A DNA stretch of 64,000 bases, taken from positions 130,713 through 194,712 of the forward strand of contig JBNKHE010000001.1 in NCBI GenBank assembly GCA_050290185.1, in the 5' to 3' direction. Positions 50,994-60,759 of the stretch are shown here, piece by piece. How positions within the stretch are numbered: position 1 is the stretch's first letter; every line of letters begins with the position of its first letter. Position numbers and translations under genes: made by a program. Origin of the DNA: Pontiella sp. Lineage in GTDB: Bacteria > Verrucomicrobiota > Kiritimatiellia > Kiritimatiellales > Pontiellaceae. Below the pieces are notes generated by a model. The model was not told the origin of the DNA, did no database searches, and worked only from the letters and a program-made list of their open reading frames with translations.

Positions 50994-51997
50994 TATGCCA
51001 CCTGTCCTTTCCCCGGCGCCACGTAGCCGAACGGCTTCTGCATCGTCATGCGGTCAATCAGCGGCACCAGCGCATTCATGAACAAAATCGAGAAGCTGAC
51101 GCCTTCGGGATAACTGCCGAACAGACGGATCATGCTGGTCATCACCCCGCAGCCCAGACCGAAGATCAGCGCGCCCTTTTTCGTCATCGGCGAGGTCACC
51201 ATATCAGTGGCCATGAAAAAGGCCCCCAGCAGCAGACCGCCGGACAGCACATGCACGACTGGTGAATGGAATTTCGTCGGATCAACCCAGTGGGCAATTC
51301 CGGTGATCACGGCGACGGAACCGATGAAGGCCACCGGTACTTCCCATTTGATCAGCTTGAACACCAGCAGGATGGCGCCGCCCACCAGTAGAGCAATCGC
51401 CGAGGTTTCCCCCAGGCAGCCGCCTGTATTGCCGATAAGCATGTCCTTGATTTCAACCAGACCGGGCGCCATGCCCAGCGGCGTGGCGGTGGACACGGCA
51501 TCGACAGCCAGTTGCCCCGCCTGCGGCTGGTTCCACGTGGTCATGATTTCCGGCAGACCGATCAACAGGCCGACGCGCGCCACCAGCGCGGGATTAAAGG
51601 GATTGTAGCCCAGCCCGCCGAACAGCTGCTTGGCCAGAATGATCGCCAAAAAGCCGCCGATAATGCAGACCCACCACGGAACACCGGCATTCAGGTTCAT
51701 GCCCAGCAGGATCCCGGTAATGATGGCGCTGCCATCCTTCCAGCTCGACGGACGCTTGAGCAACTTGTTCCAAAGCTCCTCAAACACCACGCACGAAACC
51801 GTGCTCAGCAGCAGAACCTTGAGGGCGGCAAAACCGAAAAACCAGATCCCGGCGATACAGGCCGGCAGCATGGCCGCCACGACCGTGAACATGATTTTCC
51901 GGATGTTATCCCCGGACCGCATGTGCGGCGAATTACTGACGATCAGCTTGGCCGGATCAGGCAGTCGAATGGATGGTGTTGATTCTTGTTCTGACAT
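50993..51997 (-). CDS. rnfD: Rnf complex subunit D
   Basis: KQLFGGLG.NPFNPA, STATPL, GETS, FMATD, YPEG. Confidence 0.95.
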   Translation of the reverse strand: MSEQESTPSIRLPDPAKLIVSNSPHMRSGDNIRKIMFTVVAAMLPACIAGIWFFGFAALKVLLLSTVSCVVFEELWNKLLKRPSSWKDGSAIITGILLGMNLNAGVPWWVCIIGGFLAIILAKQLFGGLGYNPFNPALVARVGLLIGLPEIMTTWNQPQAGQLAVDAVSTATPLGMAPGLVEIKDMLIGNTGGCLGETSAIALLVGGAILLVFKLIKWEVPVAFIGSVAVITGIAHWVDPTKFHSPVVHVLSGGLLLGAFFMATDMVTSPMTKKGALIFGLGCGVMTSMIRLFGSYPEGVSFSILFMNALVPLIDRMTMQKPFGYVAPGKGQVA

Positions 51998-52012
51998 AGG
52001 TTCCGCCTTTGA

Positions 52013-53341
52013 TCAGTTTTTTCTTCTAAGTTTGGATTGGATCTCGACCTTGGCCCATTTGAAGTGCTGGTTAAGCGGACGGTGCGACGGGCAGACATAG
52101 CTGCAGGACCCACACTCGATGCAGGCCGTTACGTTCAGTTCCTCGGCCCAGTCAAAACGCTTGTTTTCAACGGCCTGGCTGATGGTGGCCGGGAGAATGC
52201 TCATCGGGCAGACTTCCACGCATTTCCCGCAGCGGATGCACGGCTCGGAGGTAAAGAGCGAGACCTCGTCGTTGGCGATCAGTAGAATGCCGGAGGTGTT
52301 TTTCATCACCGTGACCCCCAGCGAACTTTGGGCAATTCCCATCATCGGTCCGCCGAGCAAGAGCTTGGCAGGCTGCTCATTAATGCCACCGGCCAGCTCC
52401 AGCGCCTTGGAGACCGGCGTGCCGATCCGCAAACGCCAGTTGCCCGGATGGACGACCGGTTTCCCGGTGACCGTCGTAATGCGCTCGATCGACGGACGGC
52501 CCTTGACCACGGCTTCGGCAACGGCCACGGCGGACGCAACGTTCTGCACCACGCAGTTAACATCCATCGGCAGCTTGCCGACCGGGACTTCGCGACCGGT
52601 AATGGCGTAGATCAGCTGCTTCTCGGCACCCTGCGGATAGTTGACCGGCAGAGCCTGCACCTTGACATTGTATTTATCGGCGATCCTCGACAACTCGACG
52701 ATCGCATCCGGCTTGTTGTCCTCCACACCGATCACGGCCGTATCCAAACCCAGGATGCGGGCAATGATGGCGGCACCCAGCACCACGTCCTCCGCCTGTT
52801 CCAGCATGATGCGATGGTCGGCGGTGAGATAGGGTTCGCACTCGGCGCCGTTGAGAATCAACGTATCGATCGTCTTCCCTTCCGGCGGGGAAAGTTTGAC
52901 GTGCGCCGGAAAGCCCGCACCGCCCATGCCGACCACGCCGGCATCCCAGACGCGTTGTTTGAGGTCGGCGGGGGAACAGGCTTTCCAGTCGGCGATGGGT
53001 TCGAACGGCGAGCCCCACTCATCCTCGCCATCGGACGTGATTTCGATGGCCGCAACCGCAATACCGGTGGGTCCGGGGCACTTGTCGATGGAGCTCACGG
53101 TACCGCTAGTCGGAGCATGCAGCGGCACAGAAACAAACCCACCGGCCTTTGCAAGCACGGCGCCTTTCTTCACGACGTCGCCTTTCTTCACCAGCAATTC
53201 CGGCGGTGCACCGATATTCTGGTGCATGATCACCGTGTATTTGTCGAGCAACGGCGCATCCTGGATCGCTTTGGCGGCGGAAAGCGCCTTACTGTCGTTC
53301 GGGTGTACGCCCCCTTTGAATTTGCGTGGCTTTTCACTCAT
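52013..53341 (-). CDS. rnfC: Rnf complex subunit C
   Basis: GMGGAGFP, NGAECEPYLTAD, GGPMMG, two 4Fe-4S motifs. Confidence 0.96.
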   Translation of the reverse strand: MSEKPRKFKGGVHPNDSKALSAAKAIQDAPLLDKYTVIMHQNIGAPPELLVKKGDVVKKGAVLAKAGGFVSVPLHAPTSGTVSSIDKCPGPTGIAVAAIEITSDGEDEWGSPFEPIADWKACSPADLKQRVWDAGVVGMGGAGFPAHVKLSPPEGKTIDTLILNGAECEPYLTADHRIMLEQAEDVVLGAAIIARILGLDTAVIGVEDNKPDAIVELSRIADKYNVKVQALPVNYPQGAEKQLIYAITGREVPVGKLPMDVNCVVQNVASAVAVAEAVVKGRPSIERITTVTGKPVVHPGNWRLRIGTPVSKALELAGGINEQPAKLLLGGPMMGIAQSSLGVTVMKNTSGILLIANDEVSLFTSEPCIRCGKCVEVCPMSILPATISQAVENKRFDWAEELNVTACIECGSCSYVCPSHRPLNQHFKWAKVEIQSKLRRKN

Positions 53342-54168
53342 TTGGAAACTCCCTGATATTCGTTGGCGGCGTGCTTGCTGGCCAGGCGTATGGCCGTGGT
53401 GGGACAGGCCGACTTTTCGACCAGCTCATCCGCAGGAGGATTTTCATAGTTGGTTCTGACGAGGAAGCCGTCGACCAGCATGTGGTCTTCTTCCCCGGAG
53501 GCCTTGACGCACTTGCGGCAGGCAATGCAGGCCGTCTTGCAGACCTGCCGTTTTGCGGCGCCCTTTTCCGGTGAGTTGCAATAGACATGTACATTGACCG
53601 TTGCCGGAACCATGACGATCAGGTTTTTCGGGCAGGTGGAAACGCAGTTTTCGCATCCGACGCACAGATCGGGATGGATGATGGCCAGTCCATCGCGGAT
53701 TTCGATCGCGCCGAAGGGACACGCATTGGCGCAGCTACCGAAACCGATGCACCCATAGTCGCACCCTTTTGCCCCACCCTGCACGACAACGGCCGAGCGG
53801 CAGTCGCGAATGCCGTTGTAGGGAGCACGGACCGTATTGGCAATGTCTCCGCTGCAGCGAACCACGGCCACCTTCTTTTCGCCCTGCTCGGCCTCGATAC
53901 CGAGATATTCGGCAATGTTCTGTACATCGCTTGTTGAACAAACGGGGCATTGGCCGGGTGCGGCATCCTCGGCCACCACCGCTTTGGCGAAAGCCGCACA
54001 CCCGGCAAAGCCACATCCACCGCAATTGGCCCCGGGAAGCAGTTCCTCCACGTTCTCAATGCGTTCGTCGATATTAACCGCAAAGACCTTGGCCACGATA
54101 CCGATAACCACACCGAGGAGTAGCCCGAGGACTCCGATCGAAATAATTGATATGAGAATAAAATTCAT
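53338..54168 (-). CDS. rnfB: Rnf complex subunit B
   Basis: LPGANCGGCGFAGC and several ferredoxin motifs. Confidence 0.95.
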   Translation of the reverse strand: MNFILISIISIGVLGLLLGVVIGIVAKVFAVNIDERIENVEELLPGANCGGCGFAGCAAFAKAVVAEDAAPGQCPVCSTSDVQNIAEYLGIEAEQGEKKVAVVRCSGDIANTVRAPYNGIRDCRSAVVVQGGAKGCDYGCIGFGSCANACPFGAIEIRDGLAIIHPDLCVGCENCVSTCPKNLIVMVPATVNVHVYCNSPEKGAAKRQVCKTACIACRKCVKASGEEDHMLVDGFLVRTNYENPPADELVEKSACPTTAIRLASKHAANEYQGVSK

Positions 54169-54177
54169 ATGTGCCCC

Positions 54178-54771
54178 TTAAACCAAACCGGAAAAGCCGA
54201 GAAATGCCATAGCGAGAATACCGGCCGTCACCAGCGAAATTGCCGTACCTTCAAACGCCTTCGGCACCTGGGCGAGGTCGAGTTTTTCACGCAGGCTGGA
54301 AAACAGCACCAACGCCAGCGCAAAGCCGACCGCGGAACAAAAACCATAGATCGTGGCGCCGTACCAGGTAGACTGGAGCGAACCGGGTGCGGACTTGGCG
54401 TTCAGCACAACGCAGCCCAGCACCGCGCAGTTGGTGGTGATCAGCGGCAGGAAAATCCCTAGGCTTTCGTACAGCTTGGAGCTCAGTTTCTGAAGCATGA
54501 TCTCCACCAGTTGCACCAGCGAGGCGATCACCACGATAAAGACCAGGGTCTGCAGGAACTCCAGCTTCATCGGAAGCAAGAGCAAATGGTTGATCAGCGA
54601 AGTCACCAGCGAAGCCAACGTCATCACGAAGATGACCGCCCCCGACATGCCCAGCGCCGTGTCCAGCTTCTTTGAAACCCCCAAAAACGGACAAATCCCC
54701 AAAAACTTCGACAAGACGAAGTTGTTGACGAGAATCGCCCCTACCGTAATTACGAGGAATTCACTCATCAT
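54178..54771 (-). CDS. rnfA: Rnf complex subunit A
   Basis: NNFVL..FLGICPF.GVS, LPLITTNCAVLG. Confidence 0.95.
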   Translation of the reverse strand: MMSEFLVITVGAILVNNFVLSKFLGICPFLGVSKKLDTALGMSGAVIFVMTLASLVTSLINHLLLLPMKLEFLQTLVFIVVIASLVQLVEIMLQKLSSKLYESLGIFLPLITTNCAVLGCVVLNAKSAPGSLQSTWYGATIYGFCSAVGFALALVLFSSLREKLDLAQVPKAFEGTAISLVTAGILAMAFLGFSGLV

Positions 54772-54929
54772 AGCCTGTTCCACCCTCTCTGCCGTTAATG
54801 TCAAAAACAAAGAGATCACATTACCAGCATCACCGTGCACTTCAATCCAGTTAACGGCTACCGCCGTATTTATAATGGGTTTCAATAACGCATGCTTTAC
54901 ACGCGGCCACGGTCAGGTATCGTTAATCC

Positions 54930-55592
54930 ATGATCAAAATACGCACATTCAGAAACACCGAAACCCTGATTGCCGAGACCGCGGAACTGCTTCGCGCCAC
55001 GCTGGCCACACCCGGAAAACTGATGCTCAGCGGCGGTTCTACACCATACGTTGTCTACAACCGCCTCGCCGCCGCCCCCTGCCCCGTACATCCCGAATGC
55101 AGACTGTTCCTTAGCGACGAACGTATGGAGCCGTTCGGTTCCGACAAGAACAATGCACACAACCTGATGCCCATGCTGAAGGCGCTTGGTTGTGAAGATC
55201 AATTTATCCGGGTCGACACCGGCCTTCCCATCGCCGATGCCGCCCGCAAATTCGAAACCAACCTTCAACCGATGAAAACTATCGACCTCGGTTTCCTTGG
55301 TATGGGCGGCGACGGACATACCGCCGGCTTTTTCACCCCGGAACAAGCCAATCTCAAGGACGGCCCGCTCTCTCTGTATACCGACCGTCCCGACGGCATG
55401 CGGGGCGTCAGCGTAACCGCCGGCTTCTTCCAGCGCGTGGAACGTATCATCCTGCTGGTGACGGGTGAATCCAAGCGGGCCATCATCAATACCCTGCTCA
55501 CCGCGCCTGAAACCATCGCCGCCGGTATCGCCCTCTCCGACCACCCCAATATCGAACTCTGGACGGAAATGCACATCGACACCCCGTCTTGA
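54930..55592 (+). CDS. pgl: 6-phosphogluconolactonase
   Basis: LSGGSTP, DER, LGMGGDGHTA, LVTGESK. Confidence 0.85.
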   Translation: MIKIRTFRNTETLIAETAELLRATLATPGKLMLSGGSTPYVVYNRLAAAPCPVHPECRLFLSDERMEPFGSDKNNAHNLMPMLKALGCEDQFIRVDTGLPIADAARKFETNLQPMKTIDLGFLGMGGDGHTAGFFTPEQANLKDGPLSLYTDRPDGMRGVSVTAGFFQRVERIILLVTGESKRAIINTLLTAPETIAAGIALSDHPNIELWTEMHIDTPS

Positions 55593-55993
55593 TGCCCCGC
55601 CACAATCGACACGGAATTCATCCCAAATTCAGTGTGTCGGACCGCAAACAAGCTTCCCGGCGAATCCGGGCTCCAGCGTCCTGCAATACAACGATGCCAT
55701 GGGCGCGCGTTTCCACCTGATGCTCGTCAATCCATCACGCAAGGAAATCATGATGTGTTCCCGGCAATTCGAGGGATACGAGAACAACATATTTTTCCGA
55801 AAGCAGAACCTCCACTATTCCTGCGGCTTCGACTCCAACACGAACTGGGATGCCGCCAACGCCTGGCTCGACGGGGCGGAGCTCCACCTCGTCGTGCGGG
55901 AAGTTCCGGGCTATTTCCACACGCCTTTTGATAGCCGGATCGGGGAGCGGCAGCCTTCAAAGAAAACACGCCCGTAGAAACACGCACCTTTTT

Positions 55994-56022
55994 TGTAATA
56001 GCGGACAGCCGGCCGGTAAGTA
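55994..56022 (+). promoter_or_regulatory. Putative ECF sigma promoter (TGTAAT-N18-AAGTA)
   Basis: Same motif and spacing as the three copies upstream of the kinase and ECF genes. Confidence 0.55.
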
Positions 56023-56088
56023 CGTAATGATGCCGGTTCGAAGATTCATCAACACACAACGATGGATGCAAAAACAAAGGAGATGGAA

Positions 56089-56772
56089 ATGAACACCTAC
56101 AAGCGTGCGATTACCTTTTTACTTCTGTTGCTGTCCAGCATGGGCGAGGGGGCCGAAATGCGTGTATGGACGGACAAAAAAGGAAACGTGGTCGAAGCCC
56201 GATTCATCCAGATTGCAGGAAGCAAGATTGTGCTGGAAACCAATGACGGGCGGAGGCTCATGATTCCTCCGAGTGGTCTGAGCGACGCCGATCAAACCTA
56301 TCTCGCCGAGGTGATTCCTCCTAAGCTTGATATCGATGTGGATGTGGATATCGACCGCGATAAGCAGGGGAACGGCTATTATCACGAAACCAAGTCCGAG
56401 CACATTACGTGCGAGGTCACCATAAAGAAAATCAACAAGGAAAGATGCACTCGAAAGTTCAAGGCCTACCTTTACCTTCTCGCCTCATCCACGAAAGGGG
56501 ACCGGCTTCAGATCGTGGAGATGCAGTCGCAGTCGCTTTCCTTCAAATCCAGCAAATCAGCCTCGTTTACCGCGTCCGCAACGGTTACGTCGGAAGTCGG
56601 CTATTCCTGGGAAAATGGGTTTGAGTATGAGGGATACCTGGCCTGCGTAGAGGATGACCACGGAAAGCTAATTGCTGTCAAAACCAACAAGAGTCACTAT
56701 AAAGCGCATTTGCAGAATCTAAAAAAGGGCAGCAAGGGCACAAGGTTCACGAACGATTTCGTCAAACTATAA
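56089..56772 (+). CDS. Secreted protein with N-terminal SHD1-like domain
   Basis: Signal peptide, 'RVWTDKKGNVVEARF...LSDADQTYL'; AAGGAG RBS. Confidence 0.8.
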   Translation: MNTYKRAITFLLLLLSSMGEGAEMRVWTDKKGNVVEARFIQIAGSKIVLETNDGRRLMIPPSGLSDADQTYLAEVIPPKLDIDVDVDIDRDKQGNGYYHETKSEHITCEVTIKKINKERCTRKFKAYLYLLASSTKGDRLQIVEMQSQSLSFKSSKSASFTASATVTSEVGYSWENGFEYEGYLACVEDDHGKLIAVKTNKSHYKAHLQNLKKGSKGTRFTNDFVKL

Positions 56773-56779
56773 TTACCGG

Positions 56780-56854
56780 TTTTGCCGGACGGACGTCTCC
56801 TCTCCGTCTACCGCACCGGATGCAATGCCATGCATCCGGTGCGGTCCGGCAAAA
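56780..56854. terminator. Strong hairpin (terminator or structured spacer)
   Basis: Perfect 15-bp stem ACCGCACCGGATGCA/TGCATCCGGTGCGGT plus outer TTTTGCCGGAC/GTCCGGCAAAA pairing. Confidence 0.5.
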
Positions 56855-56893
56855 AAGCTGTCAAACGACAGGAATAACGGGCAATCTGAGTCA

Positions 56894-57649
56894 ATGAAAA
56901 CCGGCACACACAACGAAAACGAGCCCACGGGTCCCCACGATATTTTTGTCACGACGCGCTGGACAATGGTGCTCAACGCCGCCGGCGGATCGGCGCCCCA
57001 GGCCGAACGCGCGCTGGAGGAGATCTGCCAGGTCTACTGGTTCCCGCTCTACGCCTACATCCGCCGGCGAGGCCACTCAGCGGAAGATGCTGAGGACCTG
57101 ACCCAGGAATTCTTTCGCCGATTGCTGGAGCACAACTGGATTGCTGACGCCGACCGGGAAAAAGGAAAACTCCGCGCGTTTCTGATTACAGCTCTGAAGC
57201 GTTTCATGGCCAAGGAATGGCGCAGGGCTTCCGCCCAGAAACGCGGGGATGGACAGCGCCTTCTTCCGCTCGACTCCTCCATTGCCGAAGGGCGCTATGC
57301 ATCCACGGTCACACCGGGCGATGATGCAGAAGCCCTCTTCGATCGGGAATGGGCACTTACCTTGCTCGACCTTACCGTTAAACACTTGGAAAACGAATAT
57401 GCAGACGGCGGCAAGGCCGAACTGTTTACCAAATTGAAAGATGGGCTCGTGATGTCGCACGAAGCCCTGAGCTATCCGTCCTTGGCGAAAGAACTCGCTA
57501 TGACCGAGGGCGCCGTCCGCGTCGCCGTCCACCGTATGCGCAAGCGCTTCCGCGAACTGTACCGGCAGGAAATCGCCCAGACCCTCCCCCCCGGCGCCGA
57601 CCTCGACGAGGAACTCCACCACCTCTCCACCAGCCTCGCACAAGAATAA
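56894..57649 (+). CDS. ECF sigma factor 1 (kinase-associated type)
   Basis: FVTTRW N-terminus, region 2 'YWFPLYAYIRR...DAEDLTQEFF', region 4 'EGAVRVAVHRMRKRFR'; start chosen by comparison with the paralogue. Confidence 0.9.
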   Translation: MKTGTHNENEPTGPHDIFVTTRWTMVLNAAGGSAPQAERALEEICQVYWFPLYAYIRRRGHSAEDAEDLTQEFFRRLLEHNWIADADREKGKLRAFLITALKRFMAKEWRRASAQKRGDGQRLLPLDSSIAEGRYASTVTPGDDAEALFDREWALTLLDLTVKHLENEYADGGKAELFTKLKDGLVMSHEALSYPSLAKELAMTEGAVRVAVHRMRKRFRELYRQEIAQTLPPGADLDEELHHLSTSLAQE

Positions 57650-57654
57650 GTATC

Positions 57655-57718
57655 GTAGACGCGACGCCCTCGTCGCCTCCCTTGCGTACAGGAAACGTGA
57701 CGAGGGCGTCGCTTCTAC
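57655..57718. repeat. GTAG-type REP doublet (REPIN-like)
   Basis: GTAGACGCGACGCCCTCGTCGC ... GTGACGAGGGCGTCGCTTCTAC. Confidence 0.8.
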
Positions 57719-57785
57719 ATTACTGCTGATATTGCATTCCTATCCTGTACATCCTGTAAATCCCGTCTAAAATTTAACCGTTTTT

Positions 57786-57820
57786 TGTAACAGGACATTG
57801 GCCATGGGAAAGAAGGGAGT
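57786..57820 (+). promoter_or_regulatory. Putative ECF promoter for kinase 1 (TGTAAC-N18-AAGAA), possibly leaderless
   Basis: TGTAAC starts 35 nt before the ATG at 57821. Confidence 0.6.
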
Positions 57821-60721
57821 ATGAATACGGATCTAAACAAGAACAGTTGCCCTCAATGCGGTGCTCCGCTTCCCCCCAAAGCCCCCGGCGACCTGTGTCC
57901 CAAATGTCTTATGCAAATGAACCTAGCCGATCCGACGCAGATGGAAGATGAAACCGGCGAAAAGGCGAAGAAATCCAAAGCCCCCTCCCCCGAGGAAATC
58001 GCCCCCCTCTTCCCGCAGCTTGAAATTCTGGATTTCATTGGCCAAGGCGGGATGGGTGCCGTCTACAAGGCACGCCAGAAAGAGCTCGACCGTATCGTCG
58101 CCCTCAAGATTCTCCCGCAGGAGATCGGCGAAACGCACGGCTTTTCCGATCGCTTTACTCGCGAGGCGCGCGCCCTGGCCAAGCTCAACCATCCCAGTAT
58201 CGTCACGCTGTATGAATTCGGCAAAGCCGATGGCCTCTTTTTCTTCCTCATGGAATACGTCGACGGCCTCAATTTACGGGGTCTCCTCCACGGTGATCGC
58301 GTCTCGCCACGTGAGGCGTTGGCCATCGTCCCGCAGATCTGCGACGCCCTCCAGTATGCCCACGACCACGGCATCGTCCACCGCGACATCAAACCCGAAA
58401 ACATTCTCCTCGACCGCCTCGGCAATGTAAAGGTGGCCGACTTCGGCCTCGCGAAGATTGTTGAAGGTAGGGACGGCTGTCCCAGCCGTCCGTCGGAGTA
58501 CCAGGAACACGTCGGAGAAGAAAACCTAACCGAAGCCGGCAAAATCATGGGCACCCCCAAGTACATGTCGCCGGAGCAGGTCGAAGCGCCGAGCACGGTC
58601 GACCACCGCTCGGACATCTACGCCCTTGGCGTCGTTTTCTACCAGATGCTCACTGGCGAAATGCCGGACGAGGAGCTACAGCCGCCCTCGAAAAAGGTCC
58701 GCATCGACGTCCGGCTCGACGAAGTCGTCCTGCGCGCGCTCGAACAACAACCCGACCTCCGCTACCAGCAGGCCAGCATCCTAAAGACCGAGGTGGAGAC
58801 GATCATGGCTGATGCCACGAAGTCAGAGGACGAAGGACAGAAGACAACAGACGGAAAACAGACTAGTACACCGCGCTTCTCGCGCACGGCCATTGTGGGT
58901 GCGTGCTGGGCAGGGGCTTCCTTGCTTGCACTCGTTGGAATGCTCATTGCCGATTTGCTCGGCATTCATTTTGTATTTGGAGGGCCGCTTTGGTGGAAGA
59001 TGATCTACATCATCTTTGTTGTTCCCTTGATGTTCGCCGCAGTTTCCTCCCCAGTTGGCACTACAACTCTCGGCTGGATCGCCGTCGCACGAATCCGCCG
59101 ATCGGCGGGAAAACTCTACGGTATAAGCTTGGCGGTGTTCGACGGGCTGCTGTTTCCTCTGATGGCCATCGACCTGTTGATATTTGGAACCCTCTGGTTC
59201 GCGACCGGACAGGCGGTACCCGAGGCATTCGGCGACACGATTGAGGCGACCTACAAAACCAACCTTTTCATGGCGGTTTGGGCAGGCGGAGCAACATTGA
59301 TTAGTGGCATCATAGATTTTTTCATCATCCGGCGGATCTGGAGAGCGGTGAACCAACCCTTGAATGAGAGCCGGAGATCTTCGACGGACTCCAGGTTCGA
59401 CGCGGAAGACGAAACACTCAGCAACACGGGGAGAACGCTTAGCCGATGGAGCCTCGGGCTTCTATTGGCGGCACTGCTCGGCACACCGCTCCTGCTGGCC
59501 CTGGCCCTGCGCGACGAATGGGGGATCGTATTTGGCGGACTCTGCGCTCTCGCTTCATTCGGCTGTGCGCTGGCCTCGTTCCGCGGCCGCATGAGCCGTT
59601 GGATCGCCGGATCGTGGGTTATCATACTGATCATGAGCGTCCTTGGTACCTTGCTCCTCCACCAGGCTCTCATTAAACGCGAACGGACGCTCGAACAAGC
59701 CGTGCGTGCGAAAGAAATCGAAGCCAGAGAAAGCCATCGCCAAAAACTCGCCGAAAGAGAAATGGATCAGCAAGCGGCAGACATCCCCGCCTCCTTCGGC
59801 CCGGTGATCGAGCGGGTGGTTGATGATGGGTCCAATGCTATCGATTTCGATACGGGCAGATTTGAGGAACTGGAACTTCCTATCTTTGTTGTCTCAAATG
59901 AAGGAGAGATGTTCGGAGGTCTAGCTGAAGGCGCTGCGTTAGTGGCTAACTGGATGATGGATCAGCGCCTCGATGCCTTTTATGAAAACAAAGAGCTATA
60001 CGGCTACAACATGGACATCCGCCCCCTGAAACCCAGCCAGTGGAACACGGTAAGCCCGTCCGGCCTGCAAGCGTTGCTCTCCACCGAGAAAACGGAACCC
60101 CAGCCCATGGTTCGCATGTCACCGAAAACCGATAACGCTGGCACCTACGCCTTTCGAACCCGCGAAGGCGGCACTGGACTCCTACAAATCGCCGGGCTAC
60201 CTAACGATCAGGACGGCGTAAAAATCCGCTACAGGCTGGTGCAAACCACCGACTCGAGGAAGTCACCAGCCGGCATGCCCACAACTGTAACCAATAGCAC
60301 CCCCTCTCCCCAGGCAATCACGCCAAGGATTGGACACATTCGACTGTTGCTGGAAATCGATGAACCGGGAAAGGAGCCGGCATCTTTTGCCATCCAGAAC
60401 AATGGTGCAGAGTGCAGGATGGAAACCATGATGCCTCCAGTGAATATCGGCGGAACGATAGTGCCGGTGACACTTAAGTTCGAGGCAACACTCACGCGAC
60501 CGGATGAAACCGGTTACTGCATCGACTATTCTTACGGCCTGCAGATTCCCGTAGTTACGCGTCCCGACGCGGCCGGCAGCCCCGGCTACGAGTACAAGAG
60601 TATCGGCACCAGGAGTTCGGTCACCATGGTGTCCGGCCAAAAGCTGGAACTGAGCAAAGGGCCGCAGCGTACTGTAACCCTTGAACTGCAACGCCTCGAC
60701 GATGAGAGCGAGAATAAATGA
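57821..60721 (+). CDS. Membrane Ser/Thr (Hanks-type) protein kinase 1: zinc ribbon, kinase domain, multi-TM region, extracytoplasmic C-terminus
   Basis: [44 protein letters not shown]; several hydrophobic helices afterwards. Confidence 0.95.
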   Translation: MNTDLNKNSCPQCGAPLPPKAPGDLCPKCLMQMNLADPTQMEDETGEKAKKSKAPSPEEIAPLFPQLEILDFIGQGGMGAVYKARQKELDRIVALKILPQEIGETHGFSDRFTREARALAKLNHPSIVTLYEFGKADGLFFFLMEYVDGLNLRGLLHGDRVSPREALAIVPQICDALQYAHDHGIVHRDIKPENILLDRLGNVKVADFGLAKIVEGRDGCPSRPSEYQEHVGEENLTEAGKIMGTPKYMSPEQVEAPSTVDHRSDIYALGVVFYQMLTGEMPDEELQPPSKKVRIDVRLDEVVLRALEQQPDLRYQQASILKTEVETIMADATKSEDEGQKTTDGKQTSTPRFSRTAIVGACWAGASLLALVGMLIADLLGIHFVFGGPLWWKMIYIIFVVPLMFAAVSSPVGTTTLGWIAVARIRRSAGKLYGISLAVFDGLLFPLMAIDLLIFGTLWFATGQAVPEAFGDTIEATYKTNLFMAVWAGGATLISGIIDFFIIRRIWRAVNQPLNESRRSSTDSRFDAEDETLSNTGRTLSRWSLGLLLAALLGTPLLLALALRDEWGIVFGGLCALASFGCALASFRGRMSRWIAGSWVIILIMSVLGTLLLHQALIKRERTLEQAVRAKEIEARESHRQKLAEREMDQQAADIPASFGPVIERVVDDGSNAIDFDTGRFEELELPIFVVSNEGEMFGGLAEGAALVANWMMDQRLDAFYENKELYGYNMDIRPLKPSQWNTVSPSGLQALLSTEKTEPQPMVRMSPKTDNAGTYAFRTREGGTGLLQIAGLPNDQDGVKIRYRLVQTTDSRKSPAGMPTTVTNSTPSPQAITPRIGHIRLLLEIDEPGKEPASFAIQNNGAECRMETMMPPVNIGGTIVPVTLKFEATLTRPDETGYCIDYSYGLQIPVVTRPDAAGSPGYEYKSIGTRSSVTMVSGQKLELSKGPQRTVTLELQRLDDESENK

Positions 60722-60759
60722 TACTCAGCATCTGCCGTAAAATGGAAAGGAACAGACAA

